DNA of 64,000 nt from a virus, in the IMG/VR virus record IMGVR_UViG_3300045988_116708, positions 9,039 through 73,038 of that record. One strand, written 5' to 3'. The position numbers and the translations under genes are program-made. Shown here piece by piece: positions 50,801 to 61,249 of the stretch. Below the pieces are notes generated by a model. It was not told the DNA's origin and made no database searches. It saw nothing but the letters and a program-made list of their open reading frames with translations. Within the stretch, counting starts at the first letter, position 1. The number at the start of each line of letters is the position of its first letter.

Positions 50801-53800
50801 CGAACAGGAGTTTGAGTCAACCAACAAGGAAATAGACATCGCCAAAACCGATGCGAAAGCTGCTCAGGACAGATTAAACACTTGGGCTTCTGATGGCTTT
50901 ATTTCTCCAACTGAAAAGACCGCGTTAAAGCAGGAAATGGAGGCATTAAAGGCAGAAAGAGATTCTATCCTTGCTAACGCGTCCCGGTATGGCATTGATA
51001 CCGTTGCTTATCGGAATGCTTTCAACGATTACTATCATGTGCTTGAGACCCATTCTGCAAGTGAGCCTGAAAATATACCGGTCAGTGCTTCATTCAAGAC
51101 TCTTCAACAGGCTTATTATGATCAGCAGAGGGTAATTATAGACGCTATCAATTCTGCTTCATATTCGTATGTTGGGGAGAAGGTTAAGATTGAGACTGAT
51201 ACTATTATGGAGGCTTTGCCCGGACAGATTACGTTGGCTGTGAAGGGTGAGGTTAGTAAGGTGAAAGTTGCTGATGTCAATTTATTAAAGGGTGCCTATA
51301 CAGAGAAAGCAAATACATCATACGGATTTGGAGAATATGGGTATGATGTTCCAGCAGTTAATGGCAAGAAGTATACGTTGACATTATGCTATACACTGGG
51401 AAATGATAATAACGAAATTAGAGCTTATTCTAACAATGGCTATAATATAATTGCTTATTTTACAACCAAAGGTGATAGAATTGTAGAAAGCAAAGAAATT
51501 ACAATGAGCGGTTATACAGAAGGCTATGGAATGTCACTATATCAATTCCCTAATGGAATCTACGGTTCAAAAGTGCATTGGGCTGTTCTTACTGATGGTA
51601 ACATAGGGGTAACACAGTGGATTCCTGCTGCAAGCGAGCGAGTTGCAGGTATTAAGAACTTATGCTCTTTTAAACGTATTGTTGATGCGGGATTTACATA
51701 CGCTTCAAAATATACTAATGAAGGAGAGTTGTTAATACTACCATCTTTGTTGCATAAAGAATCACTTGTAGCTAACAAGGACATGTTTGGCTTGACATAT
51801 AACTCACAAAAAAGGTATTATGTGTTTATAGATCATTTTGTTCCATCGTCTACAATCCCGAGTAGTTCAAGAAGTGTCTTTTTTCGGATCGTTTACACTG
51901 ATGGCGCGTATGAAGAAATAGCGGTAACTAATGATAGCATAGTAAACAACTTCGTTCTTACATCAAAACCTATTAAGCATATATTAGGTTCTTATGGTAC
52001 TTCTATATCTACTTATTTGCGTATTGGCGTATTTGAAACCAACACTCCTGTAACCTGGAGCCCAGCCCCCGAAGATCTTAACTACATTGCCAAGACCTAC
52101 ACCGACTCAGAGATAAAAGTAACGAAAGGGTTAATTGAAAGCAAAGTCTCCCAAACCGACTTTGACGCTCTCGGACAGGTTGTATCCAATCAGGGCACTG
52201 AGATCTCTCAGACCAAGACGGATATTAACCTTGTATCAACGGTATCGGGTAATGCACGTTTGATAGCCCTTGCTATGAGTAAGGGGAAGATGCTTTATCG
52301 TGATCCGGAGTTTAGGAGCGGGATGAACCACATATCGGTTTACAATAATAGTGGTGGGGGAACTGTGACAGTTGAAAGAACAACAGATGTTAATTTGCCT
52401 AATCAATCCGGATATAAAATTAAAATTACCACTGTACAAGGAAGTGTATCCCCCGGCTTAGGTGGGTTTACTTTTAACACTCAAACACGCGCTAATGCCG
52501 TATTTATAACTCGGTTTATTGCATGGATTCCCGCAGGACGTGCAATTGAGTGGGCTTCAAATGCTACGGGTACTGGCAGTACAGCAAAATGGCTTACTAA
52601 CAATGTCGGGACTGGCGATTGGGAGGAATATGCGTATTATGTCAAGTGCGGTACTGGCGGGACATTTAATGGAACTAATTATTTCTATTTGGTTTCTGGT
52701 GGGGCTCCCGTCACCTGGTACCTTGCCTTTGCCACAGTCTACGATGCCGGTTCTATTGATGACACTCCTACAAAGGATGAATTAAAAACGGGAATCACTA
52801 TTAAGCCGGGTGCTATCAATATATTCGGGCAGGATATCAGTATTGCAGGCATGGTTACTTTTTCCGGCTTGTCGGCATCCGAGCAGCAAAATTTCAAGGG
52901 TAATACAGGACCACAAGGCCCGCAGGGGCCTAAAGGAGATACCGGCGCTACAGGTCCTCAGGGATTGCAAGGACCCGCCGGTGCTACTGGTGCTACCGGA
53001 TCTATTGGTCCTATTGGTCCCCAGGGACCACGGGGATCTCAGGGGCCTAAAGGAGATACCGGTGCTAAAGGTCCGCAAGGAGATAGAGGTCCGCAAGGGC
53101 TTCCAGGGCCACAGGGTGCAACTGGTCCACAAGGACCTCAAGGACCGCAGGGATTCTTGGACGCTACCGCTATGCGTAACTTGCAGAATGATTTCGCAAC
53201 GAAACTCGGATACTCTTCGTATGACCAAATGGCTTCGTATGCTACTCAGGGTAAAACAATTATCAATGGTGGATTGATTCGAACGAACTTGATAGATGCA
53301 ACCGCAATCGTTACCAATGCCTTAGCGGCTGGTCGAATTACAACAGGAAACATTACGGTAACGAATGGTGCTCAAATTGGGTATTTTACGATTCAAGATA
53401 ACGGATTGTATTCAGATGGACTATCTACTGTGATTACAATGAAAAATTCTTCCGGTCAGGTTATTATAATACCTCAGATGATTACTATAACTCGTAATGA
53501 CGGTGGAGCATCTATATCTACATCAGGTAATAGTTATGTGGATTTGAACGGTACAAATATAAATCTTGCAGGCACCGTAGCAGTCAATATCAATAGTAAG
53601 TTGATTACAAATGGTATCGTCAAGATGACTCAGGGGTTAATATTTAGAACTCGGGTTATATCATCATCTATCGCTTTGGATAGTAGTGATTGCTTTGTTG
53701 TATGTACTAATTCTGGTAGTATAAATGTGACCCTTCCAGGATATCCAGAGGTTGGGCGATTTATCTATGTTCGTAGAAGGAATGGAAATGTAACTATTTA

Positions 53801-53924
53801 TGGTGGAACAAATAGTATTTACTCAAACAAAGTATTATCGTCAGCTACTTTAGGTAATAACTCAGACCTATTTATGTTTGTCTTTGATGGGACATACTGG
53901 ATTTTAAATTATTGTGGAGTTTAA
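47895..53924 (+). CDS. Giant tail-associated / host-recognition protein with a collagen-like tract
   Basis: 2009 aa directly after the TMP and Dit-like genes; a coiled-coil segment; 28 G-X-Y triplets; a distinct C-terminal domain. Confidence 0.8.
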   Translation: MISIKDITGKIRFSFVENTGSVYRKTLMKEDYILLHFNVDQPVLFEKGDYCETEFGRFEIVDLVFPKYNTSTGGYDYELRLDAEYYKWKNKILFYDRQGGNREASWNLTRTPDAHLSIVVSNLKSLGYTYNSGVEYTFSIDSTVEKSAKLIQYDNTNIIDALTKIAETWDAEWWIVDHVIHLGRCEYNTAVDFELNGLVSEMSRSESNDNYATRVYAFGSTRNLPTNYRPDITGVVVDGVVQRRLMLPEGTPYVDAFPDMSTEEAVEEVVVFEDVYPKRIGTMSDVTTKEYTDKIENEDGTTTEVKWNAYRFRDSGITFSKEYIIPGQELRIVFQSGPLNGMDFAVTFNPGAADEKNSDGSWNSAAQLWEIVRNEDYGRELPSAPLIPENGNTYVLYGYDTKFVSVSMIPDAEKELLEKTKSYVEKSKIDPSVYTCVMDPIKVGGFDGGRVIDLEIGDRVNIINPAYAIKSRQSRIYGFEKALDKKYEVTYTVGQSTKYSRIGEIESKVEALTYKGEAFTGSSTGSVYIVGRYDKTRLTDRNALSSLRSLETFFRKDQEDVTFYKQAFRKGIEIGWNESEGKPTASLSEDGILNAAAAILKEYISSPKFVPGFTGEGFKIYKDEYGNWHIECDILDVRKVMNVFELLIQKVRSINGALVISQANGKVSAVTETSDLQSWILEFEDEDETFQAHDLVRCQVFDRRIIQSPAFDFTKFTAYLYDGSAIDDSVRITNTSIEFSMNNSANSGFQLYMYPEGHVADAPITTKECKLEISGLYDGAMAVWSGLSKDGIGSDTVGGLLTNGENVIRAINVSEEIYNLGIMIVLDSGHGNGKVTVTQKMEDTSSKKGKYYWCEVASVNGNLVTIPKSEFEGITPTDGDEVVQMGNTENPLRQSLIYMSAAEDGKPKIEILGGVKTKSFAGASRSVFGNLDHITDPDFPDNMQPHDNGVYTNNGYFKGIFILRNGKTIEQEFESTNKEIDIAKTDAKAAQDRLNTWASDGFISPTEKTALKQEMEALKAERDSILANASRYGIDTVAYRNAFNDYYHVLETHSASEPENIPVSASFKTLQQAYYDQQRVIIDAINSASYSYVGEKVKIETDTIMEALPGQITLAVKGEVSKVKVADVNLLKGAYTEKANTSYGFGEYGYDVPAVNGKKYTLTLCYTLGNDNNEIRAYSNNGYNIIAYFTTKGDRIVESKEITMSGYTEGYGMSLYQFPNGIYGSKVHWAVLTDGNIGVTQWIPAASERVAGIKNLCSFKRIVDAGFTYASKYTNEGELLILPSLLHKESLVANKDMFGLTYNSQKRYYVFIDHFVPSSTIPSSSRSVFFRIVYTDGAYEEIAVTNDSIVNNFVLTSKPIKHILGSYGTSISTYLRIGVFETNTPVTWSPAPEDLNYIAKTYTDSEIKVTKGLIESKVSQTDFDALGQVVSNQGTEISQTKTDINLVSTVSGNARLIALAMSKGKMLYRDPEFRSGMNHISVYNNSGGGTVTVERTTDVNLPNQSGYKIKITTVQGSVSPGLGGFTFNTQTRANAVFITRFIAWIPAGRAIEWASNATGTGSTAKWLTNNVGTGDWEEYAYYVKCGTGGTFNGTNYFYLVSGGAPVTWYLAFATVYDAGSIDDTPTKDELKTGITIKPGAINIFGQDISIAGMVTFSGLSASEQQNFKGNTGPQGPQGPKGDTGATGPQGLQGPAGATGATGSIGPIGPQGPRGSQGPKGDTGAKGPQGDRGPQGLPGPQGATGPQGPQGPQGFLDATAMRNLQNDFATKLGYSSYDQMASYATQGKTIINGGLIRTNLIDATAIVTNALAAGRITTGNITVTNGAQIGYFTIQDNGLYSDGLSTVITMKNSSGQVIIIPQMITITRNDGGASISTSGNSYVDLNGTNINLAGTVAVNINSKLITNGIVKMTQGLIFRTRVISSSIALDSSDCFVVCTNSGSINVTLPGYPEVGRFIYVRRRNGNVTIYGGTNSIYSNKVLSSATLGNNSDLFMFVFDGTYWILNYCGV
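52899..53153 (+). repeat. Collagen-like G-X-Y repeat coding tract (85 aa)
   Basis: [28 protein letters not shown]...[10 protein letters not shown] counted directly. Confidence 0.9.
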
Positions 53925-53940
53925 TATAAATATATAGAGT

Positions 53941-54279
53941 ATGAAAATAGATTTTAGAAAGATCGTGGTTAACGATATCGAAGGCAACGTCTTGATGAAA
54001 GAGGTTGAGAAGAGAGACTCTGAGGGCAACATTGTCGGGACGGAGAGAGTGATTGATTACAAAGATGTAAGCAAGGACTTAGGTAATGCTATTTACTTTA
54101 ATGTGAGTGACATCAAAGATCAGGAGATCGGCAGAAAGTTATATCTTGAAGGTGAGATTGAAGTCGATGGTCCCACTGCTGCTCTGATTAAGAAATTTGC
54201 AGATCAGATTTTCTATGCTTATGTAAAGTCCGCCCTCTTCAAATTGCTGGATTCAGCTTTGAATCAAAACAAAGAATAA
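53941..54279 (+). CDS. Hypothetical protein
   Basis: ORF track. Confidence 0.55.
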   Translation: MKIDFRKIVVNDIEGNVLMKEVEKRDSEGNIVGTERVIDYKDVSKDLGNAIYFNVSDIKDQEIGRKLYLEGEIEVDGPTAALIKKFADQIFYAYVKSALFKLLDSALNQNKE

Positions 54280-54308
54280 ACTTATTATAAACTTAAAATT
54301 AAAATGTT

Positions 54309-54659
54309 ATGAACGAAGAGATTAAAATTGTAGCTACTGGTACAACAGAAGTAAATAGCTTTGAAGGAACTTCTTTAAGTATTCCGACCGTTAAATATTC
54401 GATCAGATATACTTCAATCAATGGTAACAAACAGTCGATATTTGTCGGTGTAACCGATAATGCAACAGAAACGGTACCGAACGCCGACGGAGATGGCACA
54501 CATGAAGAGATCAGAGAGATGAAGTTGGGAGAGGTCCGATTTGACCCTGTTCCAACTCCGCAGATAACTACTATTAGTTTTATCTACACGAATGACTTTG
54601 AATGTTATATGTCTGATATTCGTAAGATCATTGACCAGATCACTAGTGATAAGTCATAG
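54309..54659 (+). CDS. Hypothetical protein
   Basis: ORF track. Confidence 0.55.
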   Translation: MNEEIKIVATGTTEVNSFEGTSLSIPTVKYSIRYTSINGNKQSIFVGVTDNATETVPNADGDGTHEEIREMKLGEVRFDPVPTPQITTISFIYTNDFECYMSDIRKIIDQITSDKS

Positions 54660-54773
54660 CATAAAAAAGCCCACCTCACCTTCACAGGCAAGATAGGCTC
54701 ACGCATTTATCTAGTTTTAATTTAATTATGTAATCTGATTACAAATGTAGTATTATTATTTAAAAAGACAAAT

Positions 54774-55241
54774 ATGCAAGACAAATCAATACATCAATTC
54801 TCTTCTGGTCTGTTTGCTCCTGTAGCCGGAAGTTTCGTAATGGAAGCTATAGAGCACATGATCCCATGGTTGATCACTATGTTCTTTGTAATACTGTGTG
54901 ATTTGGCTACGGGATGCAGGAAGAGCTTGTTGATGGGTGAGCGCGTTAGGTTTAGTAGGGCTTGGCGGGCTACAATGGGTAAGATGGTTACCTATTTTAG
55001 CTTTGTAATCATGGTGGTGATGATAAACGAGGCCAGTGGTGGAAGATATAACATTGATATATTCGCTTGCTTATCTGTCTGCTTTATCGAGGGATGTTCT
55101 ATTATATCGAATATTCTTAAGCCCAAGGGCTATGATTTTAATCTGATAGTAGCTATTGGGTTATTTGCTAAAAAGGTATTCAAGATAGAGAAAGAAGATT
55201 TAAAAGAGGTGATAACTAAAAAGGAGGAGGACAAAGAATGA
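54774..55241 (+). CDS. Holin (phage holin family, multi-TM)
   Basis: TM segments WLITMFFVILCDLATG, MVTYFSFVIMVVMI, FACLSVCFIEGCSIISNI; overlaps the amidase start. Confidence 0.7.
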   Translation: MQDKSIHQFSSGLFAPVAGSFVMEAIEHMIPWLITMFFVILCDLATGCRKSLLMGERVRFSRAWRATMGKMVTYFSFVIMVVMINEASGGRYNIDIFACLSVCFIEGCSIISNILKPKGYDFNLIVAIGLFAKKVFKIEKEDLKEVITKKEEDKE

Positions 55242-55831
55242 ATGATATGAAAGTTCTAATTGACAATGGACATGGCGAGAATACACTGGGAAAGTGTTCA
55301 CCGGACGGAAGGTTGCGTGAGTGGGCTTATTCCAGAGAGATAGCGGATATGGTCGTTTTCGGGCTGAGAAAGCATGGTGTTGACGCGGAACGCATTGTGA
55401 AGGAGGACGTGGATGTTCCATTGTCTGAGCGTTGCAAACGTGCTAATAATATTTATCGCGATTCTCAAAAGAACGCTATTCTGGTATCCGTTCACTGCAA
55501 TGCAGCCGGTAATGGGACAAGTTGGATGAATGCTCGGGGATGGGGTGTATATGTCAGTGATAATGCTTCTTTTAATAGCAAAAGGTTAGCTTCTTCCCTG
55601 GCACAAGCAGCAATAAGTAAATGTGTGACAGTACGCAAACAGACTCCGGATATGGACTATTGGGTGCAGAACTTGGCTATTTGCCGGGATACGAACTGCC
55701 CCGCTGTACTGACGGAGAACTTCTTCCAGGACAACAAGGAAGACGTGGAGTTCTTATTGTCGGCTGAGGGCAAGCGGACTGTGGCAAATATTCACATAGA
55801 AGGTATTATTAACTATTTAAATTCAAAGTAA
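55238..55831 (+). CDS. N-acetylmuramoyl-L-alanine amidase (endolysin)
   Basis: VLIDNGHGENTLGKCSPDGRLREWAYSREIA...LSERCKRAN...LVSVHCNAAGNG. Confidence 0.85.
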   Translation: MNDMKVLIDNGHGENTLGKCSPDGRLREWAYSREIADMVVFGLRKHGVDAERIVKEDVDVPLSERCKRANNIYRDSQKNAILVSVHCNAAGNGTSWMNARGWGVYVSDNASFNSKRLASSLAQAAISKCVTVRKQTPDMDYWVQNLAICRDTNCPAVLTENFFQDNKEDVEFLLSAEGKRTVANIHIEGIINYLNSK

Positions 55832-55832
55832 C

Positions 55833-56120
55833 ATGGCTCTAACAAATTTAACTTTCAGCAAACATGGTGAAGCTTATGTATCGGACCCTGTGCAACTTCA
55901 ATCGGATGCAGGCCTTCATCTTGAATTTACAAGTGAAGATAAGAATAACCGTTGCGCTCTGTTTCAGAGTATGACAAATGTGAATTATGTTCCTTTCGGA
56001 TCATACAACAATGTGGGTAGCACAATAGATGTTGCTATTACAGGAGTGATCCCGGGCATGTATATCAAAGTGCAGTCTATTTCACAGCCTACTTTGGCTA
56101 AAATTCTTGTATCGGAATGA
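55833..56120 (+). CDS. Small beta-rich protein, third member of the 27283/27671 family
   Basis: LTFSKHGEAYVSDPVQLQSDAGLHLEF...IDVAITGVIPGMYIKVQS has the same pattern as the other two. Confidence 0.5.
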   Translation: MALTNLTFSKHGEAYVSDPVQLQSDAGLHLEFTSEDKNNRCALFQSMTNVNYVPFGSYNNVGSTIDVAITGVIPGMYIKVQSISQPTLAKILVSE

Positions 56121-57640
56121 AAGTTTCAATCAATCAGGTAAAGATTAACCGCGTTGGCATTAACACGGCTCAGGTTAGGGGGATACGTTTGTCTTCTGCT
56201 GTTGCAAATCGTGGTCATAAGGTTGATTTTCCTTTCTCTGATTCCCTTGTGGATTATTGGAATTTTAGAGGGAAGAATAATCTCGATATAGACAGAAATG
56301 TTATCAAAGGAGTAAATGGAAATATACTAACAGCCTACAATTTTAACTGGAGTTTAATGTCAGGGTATGGAGGGTATAATGAAAACTATAATAATTTCAG
56401 ACAATCATCCGGAACTACTGGCGTATTTACTAATACAGATCATAGTATTCAAATTAGTAATGTTAATGCAGTAAATATTCCTGTAACTGAAATTCCGTAT
56501 AAAGCAGGGGAAATTTCTCCTGAATATCAAATTAAAGTAACTGGCTTACTTGAAGGACAATATTGCGATATAGGTTACTTTTATAATTATGCTGACAATA
56601 TAAAACCACCAGTACAAGAAAATTTAATTCATATTCTTAAAGATGGTATTTATACTATACCTTCATTTACTTTTCCATCAGACATTAAATCTGGTACAGG
56701 TACAAGAATAGTTTTTAATTTTGCTGGAGATACAGATATTACTATTGAGCAAATTCCTCTATATGAAGGAGCTATTGTTACGGATGGTGTTGACGATTAT
56801 CTAAAGCTTGATAAAACAGGATATAAAGTAGGAACTATTATTATTAAATATATACCTATTCCTACTGTAGGAGTATGGCAATACGTCTTAGAGACTAAAA
56901 CAGAAAGAATTGCTCTTGGTTATTATGGTATAACAGCTATAGAAAATGATAGTTATAGTACTAATTTCGATAATGTAAGAAATATTGAAGGATATAAAGT
57001 TTGTAAATTTAATGATGGAAATATAAAAAATATAAGTACTCCATTATTTATAGGTTCTAATGCTTATATTAAGGAACAAATATCCATGGCTCTTTATAGT
57101 ATTGCTATCTACGACAAAGTCCTATCTGATCAAGAAGTACAAGAAGTTATCAACTTCATCAATTACGGTACCACCAATCCGATATTTGCGCTGAACTTTG
57201 ATAATTTCGCCTATAAAGCAGTTGATTATCCAGATTTTGCTACTGGCAAAGTTACAACAAATAAAATTGTTGTAGATAGCACAACTGAAACCTTTAATGG
57301 TGCTATTGCGGTAGCTATGAATCCCGAAGCAGATACCGGAGAGCCGATTGAAGTACCGTCTTACAAAATAAAAGTCACAGGACTTAATCAGTATAGCGTT
57401 GGTGAAGGTAATTGGGCAGTTGGATTAATGGGAATGATGATTGATTCAACTAAAGACCCTTGGACTTATCCTATATCTAAAGATGGAGTTTACGATATAC
57501 CGGCAATTTCACTGAGTGATGGGATTTATAATTTAGTAATAATGGCTCAAATCGCAATCGACAAGCCTATTGAGATAGAAATCCTCTACGATAAGAATGT
57601 CACAAAGAGCTTCCCGGAGACAAAACAAATATTCCCTTAA
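56117..57640 (+). CDS. LamG/concanavalin-like domain protein
   Basis: GAIVTDGVDDYLKLDKTG is typical of LamG-type jelly rolls; two similar halves (EYQIKVTGLLEG / SYKIKVTGLNQ). Confidence 0.5.
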   Translation: MKVSINQVKINRVGINTAQVRGIRLSSAVANRGHKVDFPFSDSLVDYWNFRGKNNLDIDRNVIKGVNGNILTAYNFNWSLMSGYGGYNENYNNFRQSSGTTGVFTNTDHSIQISNVNAVNIPVTEIPYKAGEISPEYQIKVTGLLEGQYCDIGYFYNYADNIKPPVQENLIHILKDGIYTIPSFTFPSDIKSGTGTRIVFNFAGDTDITIEQIPLYEGAIVTDGVDDYLKLDKTGYKVGTIIIKYIPIPTVGVWQYVLETKTERIALGYYGITAIENDSYSTNFDNVRNIEGYKVCKFNDGNIKNISTPLFIGSNAYIKEQISMALYSIAIYDKVLSDQEVQEVINFINYGTTNPIFALNFDNFAYKAVDYPDFATGKVTTNKIVVDSTTETFNGAIAVAMNPEADTGEPIEVPSYKIKVTGLNQYSVGEGNWAVGLMGMMIDSTKDPWTYPISKDGVYDIPAISLSDGIYNLVIMAQIAIDKPIEIEILYDKNVTKSFPETKQIFP

Positions 57641-57656
57641 AGTTAATAAGAAAATT

Positions 57657-57884
57657 ATGAAATACGTAATTGTAACAGTAGAATGGTGCCTGAATCACGG
57701 TGTTGTGGTACCGGCACAAGCAAGAAGATCTGTTGACGGATTGAAAGTTATCCTGCATGAAGATTATATCGATCCCGTCTTGAGAGAAGAGGATGACATG
57801 ACCGCGTACCGGCATGATTCGTCCGAGTTAAGGAATATATTGAGTGGTCCGGAATGGACGGTTCCGCAAGAGGGGGTATTATGA
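57657..57884 (+). CDS. Hypothetical protein
   Basis: ATG 57657 is preferred over the track start 57597. Confidence 0.5.
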   Translation: MKYVIVTVEWCLNHGVVVPAQARRSVDGLKVILHEDYIDPVLREEDDMTAYRHDSSELRNILSGPEWTVPQEGVL

Positions 57885-58267
57885 AACGGTTGACATGTAT
57901 CGTCTTGCTGGTGTCGGCAATATGTTTCACCGGATGTAGGACCACTCAATACGTACCGGTTGAAACTATTAAGACTGAGTATAAGACAAGAGATAGTATT
58001 CGTCATGATAGTATATATCAGCGTGACAGTATTTATGTAATAGACAGGGGTGATACAGTGTATACGTACAAGGATCGGTATCTCTATAAGTATTTATATC
58101 TTAATCGCATTGATACTGTGATTAGGACGGACAGTATCCAGATACCTTATCCGGTTGAAAAGGCGTTGACCAGATGGCAGAAAGCAAAGATAGAACTTGG
58201 CGGATGGGCATTTGGCGTACTTATAATGTTAGCTATTGTGTTAATAATTAGATTACTCAAGAATTAA
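57881..58267 (+). CDS. Unimolecular spanin (u-spanin) candidate
   Basis: N-terminal lipobox MKRLTCIVLLVSAICFTGC plus a single C-terminal TM GGWAFGVLIMLAIVLIIRLL, the architecture of T1 gp11-type u-spanins. Confidence 0.6.
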   Translation: MKRLTCIVLLVSAICFTGCRTTQYVPVETIKTEYKTRDSIRHDSIYQRDSIYVIDRGDTVYTYKDRYLYKYLYLNRIDTVIRTDSIQIPYPVEKALTRWQKAKIELGGWAFGVLIMLAIVLIIRLLKN

Positions 58268-58434
58268 CCGGCTAATATCTTCACAGACCTCACCGGTATG
58301 AAAAGTTTAAGTGTAACAATAACAAAAAAAGTATATAAGATGTTCAATAAAGGGAGGAAAAATATGGTATAAATAGAATCTAATTTGTACACCGGTAAAG
58401 TAGAAGGCCGGTTATCTTACAAACGTGCTCTTTT

Positions 58435-58565
58435 GGGGGAAGAGTTAAAAGAACCCCCGACACTGAAAGTTGACGCCAATCAAACTTTTAAACATACAAA
58501 AGCATGCATAGATAGTGCCAGGGGTATAATATCCTTAACATTTCTATACATGCTTTTGTTCTTTC
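58435..58565 (+). ncRNA. Candidate small RNA / structured 3' UTR, copy C
   Basis: GGGGG...CCCCC hairpin, 15-mer AAGTTGACGCCAATC (58467-58481), long hairpin ACAAAAGCATG...CATGCTTTTGT (58496-58559). GCCAATCAAAC can also pair with GTTTGATTGGC at 58578-58588. Confidence 0.3.
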
Positions 58566-58620
58566 AATAACCGTAAGTTTGATTGGCAAGGGCAAAAGTA
58601 CAACAAAAAATTAAATTACT

Positions 58621-58917
58621 ATGTGTAAGTCAGAGATTTTTGCCGAGATTCTAAATATTGTTGGAAAAGAAACTGAAGTTTCTACTGAATTGATCCTTTC
58701 ATCAAGTAAAGTTACTGAAGTTGTTGACGCCCGTTCTATTGTAGTATTCTTCCTCACTGAATACGGGCTATACCCTGAACAAATAGCGACTTTTCTTCAC
58801 AAGACATCCGCTAGTATCCGTTACCTTATATCTACTTTCGAAAGCCGTAAACTGGCAAACAAAATGATTGCAATATATCTGCAAAATATTCGCAAATCCC
58901 TTGAAAATGAGCTCTGA
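58621..58917 (+). CDS. DnaA-C-terminal-like HTH protein
   Basis: ILSSSKVTEVVDARSIVVFFLTEYGLYPEQIATFLHKTSASIRY follows the Bac_DnaA_C pattern; weak call. Confidence 0.45.
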   Translation: MCKSEIFAEILNIVGKETEVSTELILSSSKVTEVVDARSIVVFFLTEYGLYPEQIATFLHKTSASIRYLISTFESRKLANKMIAIYLQNIRKSLENEL

Positions 58918-58986
58918 TTTACGCAGTTTCTATTATATACTTTTGTGATGCGGTTGATATTGACCGTGTTATAATTGTATATTAAT

Positions 58987-59970
58987 ATGAGTGAAACAAA
59001 GACTTACGTTTTCCCGGAGTCAGGCGGGAACGGTGGTGGTAGTGGAATGATGGCTATGCTTGCTCCACTATTGCAACAGAAAGGTATTGATCCGAACTTG
59101 TTGGTTGCTATGCAAGGAAAGAACAACAGCGGATTTGGCGGAGATGGATCATGGTTCATGTGGATAATCTTCCTGTTCTTCCTGTTCCCATTGTTTGGAC
59201 GCAATGGCTGGGGAAATAATGGAGATGGCGGAAACGGTGGCGGATTTGCTGGAGCCGGTATCCCTAACTTAATTAACAACGATGCAGGAAGGGAGTTACT
59301 TATGAGTGCAATTCAGGGGAACGGACAGGCAATCAACAATCTGGCTACTAATTTAAACTGTTCAATCGGTCAGGTTCAGAATGCTATCAATGGAGTGATG
59401 TCACAGGTGCAACAGGTAGGAAATCAGGTTGGTCAAAGCTCAATGCAGATTATCAATGCTATCCAGCAAGGTAACTGTCAGATCGCTCAACAGATTGCTT
59501 CATGCTGTTGCGAAAACCGTCTGGCGATCTGTCAGCAAACGAACACATTGCAAAATGCCATTAACGGTGTTGCGACTGGTCAGGAAAGAGGCTTTGCTTC
59601 TGTTGCATATGAAACTCAACGTCAGACTTGTGATCTGCAAAATTCCATCAAGGATAGCACACAACAGATTCTTGCCGGTCAGCGTGCGGCTGAAATGCGC
59701 GAAATGCAGAACAAGATTGATAAACTTCGTGAGGAGAATAGCACATTTAAGAGTTCTGCTATGACCTCTCAGATCGTCGGACAGGCAACGGCTCCTCTTG
59801 GTGCAGCTTTAAATGATTTGAGTGCTCGTCTTGCAAAAATCGAGTGTAACCAGCCGGAAGTAGCAAAGGTGCCTTATAGTCCGGTTGTTGGAATTCCTTC
59901 TTGCGTTGCAGCTCAGTATGGTCTTTACAATGGTATTGGAGCATGGGGCAATTTTAATGGTTGGGGATAA
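58987..59970 (+). CDS. Gly/Asn-rich membrane protein with a Cys-containing Gln/Asn-rich coiled region
   Basis: GGNGGGSG...WFMWIIFLFFLFPLFG (TM)...GNNGDGGNGGG...repeated QNAINGV...ASCCCENRLAIC; no family recognised. Confidence 0.6.
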   Translation: MSETKTYVFPESGGNGGGSGMMAMLAPLLQQKGIDPNLLVAMQGKNNSGFGGDGSWFMWIIFLFFLFPLFGRNGWGNNGDGGNGGGFAGAGIPNLINNDAGRELLMSAIQGNGQAINNLATNLNCSIGQVQNAINGVMSQVQQVGNQVGQSSMQIINAIQQGNCQIAQQIASCCCENRLAICQQTNTLQNAINGVATGQERGFASVAYETQRQTCDLQNSIKDSTQQILAGQRAAEMREMQNKIDKLREENSTFKSSAMTSQIVGQATAPLGAALNDLSARLAKIECNQPEVAKVPYSPVVGIPSCVAAQYGLYNGIGAWGNFNGWG

Positions 59971-59987
59971 AAGGAAGGAGGCATTAT

Positions 59988-60332
59988 ATGGCATTCATTA
60001 GTCCTTTTATCATGGCAAATAAGAATGGAATTCCAAGATTGGAAAGTACAGGTGTTACCGTAGGTACTACCAACGTACGTTTCTCTTTCCGGAATCATCC
60101 GTTCCTTTCTGCTCCATTTAGCGGATTGATTCTGTTCCGTTTGGCACAGCCGATCCCTTCCGGTACTACCGGTACATTACCGGTAGTTTTTGATACCAAC
60201 GGTGCTACTCAGGCACTGACTACGATCGCCGGTGCAGATGTTACTGCTTCGGATATTACCGGTACCGGAATTTATCTGTGCTACTACGAATCAGGTAGCA
60301 ACACATTGCAAATTCTTACCGGGGTAGTTTAA
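59988..60332 (+). CDS. Hypothetical beta-rich protein (114 aa) with a strong SD
   Basis: AAGGAAGGAGG lies 8 nt upstream of ATG 59988, which is unusual for this genome. Confidence 0.6.
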   Translation: MAFISPFIMANKNGIPRLESTGVTVGTTNVRFSFRNHPFLSAPFSGLILFRLAQPIPSGTTGTLPVVFDTNGATQALTTIAGADVTASDITGTGIYLCYYESGSNTLQILTGVV

Positions 60333-60377
60333 AACAATGGGCGGGAGTAATCCCGCTCCTTAAAGAGTTTATTGATT

Positions 60378-60911
60378 ATGCCTTTTCAGAATCTAAGAGT
60401 AAATAGTGAGTTTTTCATTTTGCATAGGGATGGTACTCCATATATAGAGGTCGGCTCTGTTTCCGGAGTATCTAATCCTGTTCCTGAGTTTATGCAGCAA
60501 CCCCTTCCTTATGGACAACCTCCTAAGATGGTGGTTGATATAACTATCAAGGTAGGTGAACAGACTGTTACCTTTCAAAAAATACCTGCCATGTCTGATA
60601 TTGCTGATGCAAATTTTCCAGGTGGAGGTAATATGGTAATATCCGGTTCAAGAGAATCTATGAATGCGGAAGTGGCGGCTATGCGAAATCGTTCTTCTGA
60701 GATATTAGGAAGTGTCGAGCATCATAAGTCTGTGATGGAATCATGTGATAAAATGCTCCAGGTACTTAATCCCGAATTTGCAGAAAGACAGAAGCAGGAA
60801 GCGGAGAACAAAGCGCTTCGGCAAGAACTTAGCGAATTGAAAGCTATGATGGCTGATTTCTTTAAGTCCTCTGAGAAGGCTGCAAGTAGTAACAATTCTA
60901 AAAAACAATAA
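60378..60911 (+). CDS. Hypothetical protein with C-terminal coiled coil
   Basis: ORF track; ATG 60378. Confidence 0.6.
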   Translation: MPFQNLRVNSEFFILHRDGTPYIEVGSVSGVSNPVPEFMQQPLPYGQPPKMVVDITIKVGEQTVTFQKIPAMSDIADANFPGGGNMVISGSRESMNAEVAAMRNRSSEILGSVEHHKSVMESCDKMLQVLNPEFAERQKQEAENKALRQELSELKAMMADFFKSSEKAASSNNSKKQ

Positions 60912-60913
60912 GT

Positions 60914-61201
60914 ATGATGATGATTGAAATTTCCGAAAGCAAGGTCGAGAAAATGTCCGACTACGCTGAAAAGATGCTTCGCTACGGTGGTAAGCTCATG
61001 CAATGCATAGAAGAGCTTTCCGAGGGTGAGGGCATGGGTGAACGCTGGGATGAAGATCGTAGATATGATGACGATCGCTATTTTGACGAAGAAACCATGG
61101 GTGAACGCGGTGGTTATGGCCGAGGTGGTAATTCTAATCGTGGTGGTATGGGTGAAAGACGTGGTGTACGGGGTACCGGACGCTATTCACGCTATCGCTA
61201 A
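60914..61201 (+). CDS. Acidic/RGG protein with three MGER repeats
   Basis: EGMGERWDED...ETMGERGGYGRGG...GGMGERRGVRGTGRYSRYR. Confidence 0.55.
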   Translation: MMMIEISESKVEKMSDYAEKMLRYGGKLMQCIEELSEGEGMGERWDEDRRYDDDRYFDEETMGERGGYGRGGNSNRGGMGERRGVRGTGRYSRYR

Positions 61202-61249
61202 TGTTTAATTAGGGAGTAGTTTATCTGCTCCCTATAACCTTATTAAGTC

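Noticed and set aside
52782-53277. 148-aa minus-strand and 155-aa alternative-frame ORFs over the collagen-like tract
   Set aside because: They are artefacts of the GC-rich triplet periodicity of the G-X-Y repeat. The in-frame reading is continuous with the 2009-aa protein.
58385-58570. 61-aa ORF over sRNA-like copy C
   Set aside because: It has a TTG start and spans hairpins and the conserved 15-mer shared with two non-coding loci.
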